The translations under genes were made by a program, and so were the position numbers. Positions 15,601 to 27,600 of a DNA stretch of 64,000 nucleotides are shown here, piece by piece (position 1 is the stretch's first letter; every line of letters begins with the position of its first letter). The notes under the pieces were generated by a model. It saw only the letters and a program-made list of their open reading frames with translations, did no database searches and was not told the origin of the DNA. The DNA comes from Schmidtea polychroa (Eukaryota): assembly GCA_044892525.1 (NCBI GenBank), contig CM097888.1, positions 34,224,001-34,288,000 on the forward strand, read 5' to 3'.

Positions 15601-18600
15601 TTCATTATTATTTTTTTTATTAATAAATGAATATTAATAATATTATTTTATATATTTAGTTAAGAAAATTCATCAACCATACATAAAGTTCCCATTTCAA
15701 TTTACACTCTATTTGAGTAAATTAAAACAAATAATTTTTAAAGCAGTGAAGAATTAAGATTTCATTTGAAATTGACCTCTAATAAAAATATGAAAATTAT
15801 TTACCTCTAAATGTTGGGATGAATCTTTCACCAATGATTTGAACTCGAATCCTATTTCAGATGTTATATCACATATTTTACTTTCGAATTGGGTGTCAAT
15901 CGAACAAGATTTTATTTCAGATGTCGCTACCATTGTCTTGAGTTTTCTCTGTTCAGTTTCAAATAATTTATTTTCATAAGCCTGTCCGAATTCGGTTTCG
16001 TAACTGCTTTCACAATAATCTATTTCTTTATTTGAAATCATGTCAATCAGTGAACATTTTGCAGTTGTAACAATACTTTTCATTTCAGTTTCACTAGCTA
16101 TACTCTCATTTTCTATCAATATTACATCAGCCTTTTCTTTTTCACTAGCCTTTTCAATTATTTCTTCTTCTATCATTTCTGTTCTTTCACATTCAAAAGA
16201 TTTCCAAACCACTTCACAACTTGTTGATTCATCGACAACTTCAACGAATAAAGTCTCCGTGCCGATTTCGAAATATTCTTTTGTTTCATTAACTTTACTT
16301 TCAATCAATTTTATTCTATATTCGCTAGAACAATCTACGGTTTTACTTCTGCTTTCAATTTCCGCTTCTGAAACTTGTTCTTCCTCAAATTTCCCATCTA
16401 AGAAATTCCAACAGTCTACCATTTCAATCTTAAAATCCGTTAACGTGTTGACAACCTTTGATTTCACTTCGTAGCTCGTTAAAACATTCACTAACACCTC
16501 ATGCTTTTCTCCATAAATTTCGGTTCCAACTTCTATTAGTTGACTCTTGACGTATTTACTGAAATCCACACTCTCTTTCTCGACTCCAAATTCTATTTCA
16601 ACTATTTCAGTGTCTTTAGAGAATTCACTCTTCATCTCAATGATGTCTGTTCGGAAATCTGTGGATTTATCTCTATTTCTTATCTCAAGTTCCAAACTTG
16701 TATCAATCAACTCTGGTAGATTCGACTCCACCGCAATGTTTTCAGTTTTAATCTGAATTTAATGAAACCATTTACATTCAATAAAATTGTTGCTATTAAT
16801 ATTATTTTCAGTATGATTATATTTTAATATAAAGATCAAAATAATTATATTATAGCTCGCCGTAAATTAAAACATTATTAAAATACATTACTTATTACCA
16901 TTCAAAGAAACAATTTCATTTTCATTTTTCAATAATCGTTATTTAAATATTTTTAGATTTTAAAATTAAAATTATATTTCATTTGGCTGATTAAATTTAT
17001 AAGTAATATATGTTATTATTTTTACTATTATCAATTTGATTTCTTAATAAAATGTTGTCAAGTTTGTTTACCTATTAAATAATTTCTATTAAAAATATAT
17101 TTCATTATTATTTTTTTTATTAATAAATGAATATTAATAATATTATTTTATATATTTAGTTAAGAAAATTCATCAACCATACATAAAGTTCCCATTTCAA
17201 TTTACACTCTATTTGAGTAAATTAAAACAAATAATTTTTAAAGCAGTGAAGAATTAAGATTTCATTTGAAATTGACCTCTAATAAAAATATGAAAATTAT
17301 TTACCTCTAAATGTTGGGATGAATCTTTCACCAATGATTTGAACTCGAATCCTATTTCAGATGTTATATCACATATTTTACTTTCGAATTGGATGTCAAT
17401 CGAACAAGATTTTATTTCAGATGTCGCTACCATTGTCTTGAGTTTTCTCTGTTCAGTTTCAAATAATTTATTTTCATAAGCCTGTCCGAATTCGGTTTCG
17501 TAACTGCTTTCACAATAATCTATTTCTTTATTTGAAATCATGTCAATCAGTGAACATTTTGCAGTTGTAACAATACTTTTCATTTCAGTTTCACTAGCTA
17601 TACTCTCATTTTCTATCAATATTACATCAGCCTTTTCTTTTTCACTAGCCTTTTCAATTATTTCTTCTTCTATCATTTCTGTTCTTTCACATTCAAAAGA
17701 TTTCCAAACCACTTCACAACTTGTTGATTCATCGACAACTTCAACGAATAAAGTCTCCGTGCCGATTTCGAAATATTCTTTTGTTTCATTAACTTTACTT
17801 TCAATCAATTTTATTCTATATTCGCTAGAACAATCTACGGTTTTACTTCTGCTTTCAATTTCCGCTTCTGAAACTTGTTCTTCCTCAAATTTCCCATCTA
17901 AGAAATTCCAACAGTCTACCATTTCAATCTTAAAATCCGTTAACGTGTTGACAACCTTTGATTTCACTTCGTAGCTCGTTAAAACATTCACTAACACCTC
18001 ATGCTTTTCTCCATAAATTTTGGTTCCAACTTCTATTAGTTGACTCTTGACGTATTTACTGAAATCCACACTCTCTTTCTCGACTCCAAATTCTATTTCA
18101 ACTATTTCAGTGTCTTTAGAGAATTCACTCTTCATCTCAATGATGTCTGTTCGGAAATCTGTGGATTTATCTCTATTTCTTATCTCAAGTTCCAAACTTG
18201 TATCAATCAACTCTGGTAGATTCGACTCCACCGCAATGTTTTCAGTTTTAATCTGAATTTAATGAAACCATTTACATTCAATAAAATTGTTGCTATTAAT
18301 ATTATTTTCAGTATGATTATATTTTAATATAAAGATCAAAATAACTATATTATAGCTCGCCGTAAATTAAAACATTATTAAAATACATTACTTATTACCA
18401 TTCAAAGAAACAATTTCATTTTCATTTTTCAATAATCGTTATTTAAATATTTTTAGATTTTAAAATTAAAATTATATTTCATTTGGCTGATTAAATTTAT
18501 AAGTAATATATGTTATTATTTTTACTATTATCAATTTGATTTCTTAATAAAATGTTGTCAAGTTTGTTTACCTATTAAATAATTTCTATTAAAAATATAT

Positions 18601-21600
18601 TTCATTATTATTTTTTTTATTAATAAATGAATATTAATAATATTATTTTATATATTTAGTTAAGAAAATTCATCAACCATACATAAAGTTCCCATTTCAA
18701 TTTACACTCTATTTGAGTAAATTAAAACAAATAATTTTTAAAGCAGTGAAGAATTAAGATTTCATTTGAAATTGACCTCTAATAAAAATATGAAAATTAT
18801 TTACCTCTAAATGTTGGGATGAATCTTTCACCAATGATTTGAACTCGAATCCTATTTCAGATGTTATATCACATATTTTACTTTCGAATTGGATGTCAAT
18901 CGAACAAGATTTTATTTCAGATGTCGCTACCATTGTCTTGAGTTTTCTCTGTTCAGTTTCAAATAATTTATTTTCATAAGCCTGTCCGAATTCGGTTTCG
19001 TAACTGCTTTCACAATAATCTATTTCTTTATTTGAAATCATGTCAATCAGTGAACATTTTGCAGTTGTAACAATACTTTTCATTTCAGTTTCACTAGCTA
19101 TACTCTCATTTTCTATCAATATTACATCAGCCTTTTCTTTTTCACTAGCCTTTTCAATTATTTCTTCTTCTATCATTTCTGTTCTTTCACATTCAAAAGA
19201 TTTCCAAACCACTTCACAACTTGTTGATTCATCGACAACTTCAACGAATAAAGTCTCCGTGCCGATTTCGAAATATTCTTTTGTTTCATTAACTTTACTT
19301 TCAATCAATTTTATTCTATATTCGCTAGAACAATCTACGGTTTTACTTCTGCTTTCAATTTCCGCTTCTGAAACTTGTTCTTCCTCAAATTTCCCATCTA
19401 AGAAATTCCAACAGTCTACCATTTCAATCTTAAAATCCGTTAACGTGTTGACAACCTTTGATTTCACTTCGTAGCTCGTTAAAACATTCACTAACACCTC
19501 ATGCTTTTCTCCATAAATTTCGGTTCCAACTTCTATTAGTTGACTCTTGACGTATTTACTGAAATCCACACTCTCTTTCTCGACTCCAAATTCTATTTCA
19601 ACTATTTCAGTGTCTTTAGAGAATTCACTCTTCATCTCAATGATGTCTGTTCGGAAATCTGTGGATTTATCTCTATTTCTTATCTCAAGTTCCAAACTTG
19701 TATCAATCAACTCTGGTAGATTCGACTCCACCGCAATGTTTTCAGTTTTAATCTGAATTTAATGAAACCATTTACATTCAATAAAATTGTTGCTATTAAT
19801 ATTATTTTCAGTATGATTATATTTTAATATAAAGATCAAAATAATTATATTATAGCTCGCCGTAAATTAAAACATTATTAAAATACATTACTTATTACCA
19901 TTCAAAGAAACAATTTCATTTTCATTTTTCAATAATCGTTATTTAAATATTTTTAGATTTTAAAATTAAAATTATATTTCATTTGGCTGATTAAATTTAT
20001 AAGTAATATATGTTATTATTTTTACTATTATCAATTTGATTTCTTAATAAAATGTTGTCAAGTTTGTTTACCTATTAAATAATTTCTATTAAAAATATAT
20101 TTCATTATTATTTTTTTTATTAATAAATGAATATTAATAATATTATTTTATATATTTAGTTAAGAAAATTCATCAACCATACATAAAGTTCCCATTTCAA
20201 TTTACACTCTATTTGAGTAAATTAAAACAAATAATTTTTAAAGCAGTGAAGAATTAAGATTTCATTTGAAATTGACCTCTAATAAAAATATGAAAATTAT
20301 TTACCTCTAAATGTTGGGATGAATCTTTCACCAATGATTTGAACTCGAATCCTATTTCAGATGTTATATCACATATTTTACTTTCGAATTGGATGTCAAT
20401 CGAACAAGATTTTATTTCAGATGTCGCTACCATTGTCTTGAGTTTTCTCTGTTCAGTTTCAAATAATTTATTTTCATAAGCCTGTCCGAATTCGGTTTCG
20501 TAACTGCTTTCACAATAATCTATTTCTTTATTTGAAATCATGTCAATCAGTGAACATTTTGCAGTTGTAACAATACTTTTCATTTCAGTTTCACTAGCTA
20601 TACTCTCATTTTCTATCAATATTACATCAGCCTTTTCTTTTTCACTAGCCTTTTCAATTATTTCTTCTTCTATCATTTCTGTTCTTTCACATTCAAAAGA
20701 TTTCCAAACCACTTCACAACTTGTTGATTCATCGACAACTTCAACGAATAAAGTCTCCGTGCCGATTTGGAAATATTCTTTTGTTTCATTAACTTTACTT
20801 TCAATCAATTTTATTCTATATTCGCTAGAACAATCTACGGTTTTACTTCTGCTTTCAATTTCCGCTTCTGAAACTTGTTCTTCCTCAAATTTCCCATCTA
20901 AGAAATTCCAACAGTCTACCATTTCAATCTTAAAATCCGATAACGTGTTGACAACCTTTGATTTCACTTCGTAGCTCGTTAAAACATTCACTAACACCTC
21001 ATGCTTTTCTCCATAAATTTTGGTTCCAACTTCTATTAGTTGACTCTTGACGTATTTACTGAAATCCACACTCTCTTTCTCGACTCCAAATTCTATTTCA
21101 ACTATTTCAGTGTCTTTAGAGAATTCACTCTTCATCTCAATGATGTCTGTTCGGAAATCTGTGGATTTATCTCTATTTCTTATCTCAAGTTCCAAACTTG
21201 TATCAATCAACTCTGGTAGATTCGACTCCACCGCAATGTTTTCAGTTTTAATCTGAATTTAATGAAACCATTTACATTCAATAAAATTGTTGCTATTAAT
21301 ATTATTTTCAGTATGATTATATTTTAATATAAAGATCAAAATAACTATATTATAGCTCGCCGTAAATTAAAACATTATTAAAATACATTACTTATTACCA
21401 TTCAAAGAAACAATTTCATTTTCATTTTTCAATAATCGTTATTTAAATATTTTTAGATTTTAAAATTAAAATTATATTTCATTTGGCTGATTAAATTTAT
21501 AAGTAATATATGTTATTATTTTTACTATTATCAATTTGATTTCTTAATAAAATGTTGTCAAGTTTGTTTACCTATTAAATAATTTCTATTAAAAATATAT

Positions 21601-24600
21601 TTCATTATTATTTTTTTTATTAATAAATGAATATTAATAATATTATTTTATATATTTAGTTAAGAAAATTCATCAACCATACATAAAGTTCCCATTTCAA
21701 TTTACACTCTATTTGAGTAAATTAAAACAAATAATTTTTAAAGCAGTGAAGAATTAAGATTTCATTTGAAATTGACCTCTAATAAAAATATGAAAATTAT
21801 TTACCTCTAAATGTTGGGATGAATCTTTCACCAATGATTTGAACTCGAATCCTATTTCAGATGTTATATCACATATTTTACTTTCGAATTGGGTGTCAAT
21901 CGAACAAGATTTTATTTCAGATGTCGCTACCATTGTCTTGAGTTTTCTCTGTTCAGTTTCAAATAATTTATTTTCATAAGCCTGTCCGAATTCGGTTTCG
22001 TAACTGCTTTCACAATAATCTATTTCTTTATTTGAAATCATGTCAATCAGTGAACATTTTGCAGTTGTAACAATACTTTTCATTTCAGTTTCACTAGCTA
22101 TACTCTCATTTTCTATCAATATTACATCAGCCTTTTCTTTTTCACTAGCCTTTTCAATTATTTCTTCTTCTATCATTTCTGTTCTTTCACATTCAAAAGA
22201 TTTCCAAACCACTTCACAACTTGTTGATTCATCGACAACTTCAACGAATAAAGTCTCCGTGCCGATTTCGAAATATTCTTTTGTTTCATTAACTTTACTT
22301 TCAATCAATTTTATTCTATATTCGCTAGAACAATCTACGGTTTTACTTCTGCTTTCAATTTCCGCTTCTGAAACTTGTTCTTCCTCAAATTTCCCATCTA
22401 AGAAATTCCAACAGTCTACCATTTCAATCTTAAAATCCGTTAACGTGTTGACAACCTTTGATTTCACTTCGTAGCTCGTTAAAACATTCACTAACACCTC
22501 ATGCTTTTCTCCATAAATTTCGGTTCCAACTTCTATTAGTTGACTCTTGACGTATTTACTGAAATCCACACTCTCTTTCTCGACTCCAAATTCTATTTCA
22601 ACTATTTCAGTGTCTTTAGAGAATTCACTCTTCATCTCAATGATGTCTGTTCGGAAATCTGTGGATTTATCTCTATTTCTTATCTCAAGTTCCAAACTTG
22701 TATCAATCAACTCTGGTAGATTCGACTCAACCGCAATGTTTTCAGTTTTAATCTGAATTTAATGAAACCATTTACATTCAATAAAATTGTTGCTATTAAT
22801 ATTATTTTCAGTATGATTATATTTTAATATAAAGATCAAAATAATTATATTATAGCTCGCCGTAAATTAAAACATTATTAAAATACATTACTTATTACCA
22901 TTCAAAGAAACAATTTCATTTTCATTTTTCAATAATCGTTATTTAAATATTTTTAGATTTTAAAATTAAAATTATATTTCATTTGGCTGATTAAATTTAT
23001 AAGTAATATATGTTATTATTTTTACTATTATCAATTTGATTTCTTAATAAAATGTTGTCAAGTTTGTTTACCTATTAAATAATTTCTATTAAAAATATAT
23101 TTCATTATTATTTTTTTTATTAATAAATGAATATTAATAATATTATTTTATATATTTAGTTAAGAAAATTCATCAACCATACATAAAGTTCCCATTTCAA
23201 TTTACACTCTATTTGAGTAAATTAAAACAAATAATTTTTAAAGCAGTGAAGAATTAAGATTTCATTTGAAATTGACCTCTAATAAAAATATGAAAATTAT
23301 TTACCTCTAAATGTTGGGATGAATCTTTCACCAATGATTTGAACTCGAATCCTATTTCAGATGTTATATCACATATTTTACTTTCGAATTGGGTGTCAAT
23401 CGAACAAGATTTTATTTCAGATGTCGCTACCATTGTCTTGAGTTTTCTCTGTTCAGTTTCAAATAATTTATTTTCATAAGCCTGTCCGAATTCGGTTTCG
23501 TAACTGCTTTCACAATAATCTATTTCTTTATTTGAAATCATGTCAATCAGTGAACATTTTGCAGTTGTAACAATACTTTTCATTTCAGTTTCACTAGCTA
23601 TACTCTCATTTTCTATCAATATTACATCAGCCTTTTCTTTTTCACTAGCCTTTTCAATTATTTCTTCTTCTATCATTTCTGTTCTTTCACATTCAAAAGA
23701 TTTCCAAACCACTTCACAACTTGTTGATTCATCGACAACTTCAACGAATAAAGTCTCCGTGCCGATTTCGAAATATTCTTTTGTTTCATTAACTTTACTT
23801 TCAATCAATTTTATTCTATATTCGCTAGAACAATCTACGGTTTTACTTCTGCTTTCAATTTCCGCTTCTGAAACTTGTTCTTCCTCAAATTTCCCATCTA
23901 AGAAATTCCAACAGTCTACCATTTCAATCTTAAAATCCGTTAACGTGTTGACAACCTTTGATTTCACTTCGTAGCTCGTTAAAACATTCACTAACACCTC
24001 ATGCTTTTCTCCATAAATTTCGGTTCCAACTTCTATTAGTTGACTCTTGACGTATTTACTGAAATCCACACTCTCTTTCTCGACTCCAAATTCTATTTCA
24101 ACTATTTCAGTGTCTTTAGAGAATTCACTCTTCATCTCAATGATGTCTGTTCGGAAATCTGTGGATTTATCTCTATTTCTTATCTCAAGTTCCAAACTTG
24201 TATCAATCAACTCTGGTAGATTCGACTCCACCGCAATGTTTTCAGTTTTAATCTGAATTTAATGAAACCATTTACATTCAATAAAATTGTTGCTATTAAT
24301 ATTATTTTCAGTATGATTATATTTTAATATAAAGATCAAAATAATTATATTATAGCTCGCCGTAAATTAAAACATTATTAAAATACATTACTTATTACCA
24401 TTCAAAGAAACAATTTCATTTTCATTTTTCAATAATCGTTATTTAAATATTTTTAGATTTTAAAATTAAAATTATATTTCATTTGGCTGATTAAATTTAT
24501 AAGTAATATATGTTATTATTTTTACTATTATCAATTTGATTTCTTAATAAAATGTTGTCAAGTTTGTTTACCTATTAAATAATTTCTATTAAAAATATAT

Positions 24601-27600
24601 TTCATTATTATTTTTTTTATTAATAAATGAATATTAATAATATTATTTTATATATTTAGTTAAGAAAATTCATCAACCATACATAAAGTTCCCATTTCAA
24701 TTTACACTCTATTTGAGTAAATTAAAACAAATAATTTTTAAAGCAGTGAAGAATTAAGATTTCATTTGAAATTGATCTCTAATAAAAATATGAAAATTAT
24801 TTACCTCTAAATGTTGGGATGAATCTTTCACCAATGATTTGAACTCGAATCCTATTTCAGATGTTATATCACATATTTTACTTTCGAATTGGATGTCAAT
24901 CGAACAAGATTTTATTTCAGATGTCGCTACCATTGTCTTGAGTTTTCTCTGTTCAGTTCCAAATAATTTATTTTCATAAGCCTGTCCGAATTCGGTTTCG
25001 TAACTGCTTTCACAATAATCTATTTCTTTATTTGAAATCATGTCAATCAGTGAACATTTTGCAGTTGTAACAATACTTTTCATTTCAGTTTCACTAGCTA
25101 TACTCTCATTTTCTATCAATATTACATCAGCCTTTTCTTTTTCACTAGCCTTTTCAATTATTTCTTCTTCTATCATTTCTGTTCTTTCACATTCAAAAGA
25201 TTTCCAAACCACTTCACAACTTGTTGATTCATCGACAACTTCAACGAATAAAGTCTCCGTGCCGATTTCGAAATATTCTTTTGTTTCATTAACTTTACTT
25301 TCAATCAATTTTATTCTATATTCGCTAGAACAATCTACGGTTTTACTTCTGCTTTCAATTTCCGCTTCTGAAACTTGTTCTTCCTCAAATTTCCCATCTA
25401 AGAAATTCCAACAGTCTACCATTTCAATCTTAAAATCCGTTAACGTGTTGACAACCTTTGATTTCACTTCGTAGCTCGTTAAAACATTCACTAACACCTC
25501 ATGCTTTTCTCCATAAATTTCGGTTCCAACTTCTATTAGTTGACTCTTGACGTATTTACTGAAATCCACACTCTCTTTCTCGACTCCAAATTCTATTTCA
25601 ACTATTTCAGTGTCTTTAGAGAATTCACTCTTCATCTCAATGATGTCTGTTCGGAAATCTGTGGATTTATCTCTATTTCTTATCTCAAGTTCCAAACTTG
25701 TATCAATCAACTCTGGTAGATTCGACTCCACCGCAATGTTTTCAGTTTTAATCTGAATTTAATGAAACCATTTACATTCAATAAAATTGTTGCTATTAAT
25801 ATTATTTTCAGTATGATTATATTTTAATATAAAGATCAAAATAATTATATTATAGCTCGCCGTAAATTAAAACATTATTAAAATACATTACTTATTACCA
25901 TTCAAAGAAACAATTTCATTTTCATTTTTCAATAATCGTTATTTAAATATTTTTAGATTTTAAAATTAAAATTATATTTCATTTGGCTGATTAAATTTAT
26001 AAGTAATATATGTTATTATTTTTACTATTATCAATTTGATTTCTTAATAAAATGTTGTCAAGTTTGTTTACCTATTAAATAATTTCTATTAAAAATATAT
26101 TTCATTATTATTTTTTTTATTAATAAATGAATATTAATAATATTATTTTATATATTTAGTTAAGAAAATTCATCAACCATACATAAAGTTCCCATTTCAA
26201 TTTACACTCTATTTGAGTAAATTAAAACAAATAATTTTTAAAGCAGTGAAGAATTAAGATTTCATTTGAAATTGACCTCTAATAAAAATATGAAAATTAT
26301 TTACCTCTAAATGTTGGGATGAATCTTTCACCAATGATTTGAACTCGAATCCTATTTCAGATGTTATATCACATATTTTACTTTCGAATTGGATGTCAAT
26401 CGAACAAGATTTTATTTCAGATGTCGCTACCATTGTCTTGAGTTTTCTCTGTTCAGTTTCAAATAATTTATTTTCATAAGCCTGTCCGAATTCGGTTTCG
26501 TAACTGCTTTCACAATAATCTATTTCTTTATTTGAAATCATGTCAATCAGTGAACATTTTGCAGTTGTAACAATACTTTTCATTTCAGTTTCACTAGCTA
26601 TACTCTCATTTTCTATCAATATTACATCAGCCTTTTCTTTTTCACTAGCCTTTTCAATTATTTCTTCTTCTATCATTTCTGTTCTTTCACATTCAAAAGA
26701 TTTCCAAACCACTTCACAACTTGTTGATTCATCGACAACTTCAACGAATAAAGTCTCCGTGCCGATTTCGAAATATTCTTTTGTTTCATTAACTTTACTT
26801 TCAATCAATTTTATTCTATATTCGCTAGAACAATCTACGGTTTTACTTCTGCTTTCAATTTCCGCTTCTGAAACTTGTTCTTCCTCAAATTTCCCATCTA
26901 AGAAATTCCAACAGTCTACCATTTCAATCTTAAAATCCGTTAACGTGTTGACAACCTTTGATTTCACTTCGTAGCTCGTTAAAACATTCACTAACACCTC
27001 ATGCTTTTCTCCATAAATTTCGGTTCCAACTTCTATTAGTTGACTCTTGACGTATTTACTGAAATCCACACTCTCTTTCTCGACTCCAAATTCTATTTCA
27101 ACTATTTCAGTGTCTTTAGAGAATTCACTCTTCATCTCAATGATGTCTGTTCGGAAATCTGTGGATTTATCTCTATTTCTTATCTCAAGTTCCAAACTTG
27201 TATCAATCAACTCTGGTAGATTCGACTCCACCGCAATGTTTTCAGTTTTAATCTGAATTTAATGAAACCATTTACATTCAATAAAATTGTTGCTATTAAT
27301 ATTATTTTCAGTATGATTATATTTTAATATAAAGATCAAAATAATTATATTATAGCTCGCCGTAAATTAAAACATTATTAAAATACATTACTTATTACCA
27401 TTCAAAGAAACAATTTCATTTTCATTTTTCAATAATCGTTATTTAAATATTTTTAGATTTTAAAATTAAAATTATATTTCATTTGGCTGATTAAATTTAT
27501 AAGTAATATATGTTATTATTTTTACTATTATCAATTTGATTTCTTAATAAAATGTTGTCAAGTTTGTTTACCTATTAAATAATTTCTATTAAAAATATAT

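Noticed and set aside
765-27231. Reading the repeated 325/347-aa ORFs as a tandem multigene family
   Set aside because: The track starts are GTG/TTG inside a frame that extends to an AG acceptor. The hydrophobic tails (VNNFHIF..., VNKINFF...) begin exactly at a GTAAAT donor and are intron read-through.
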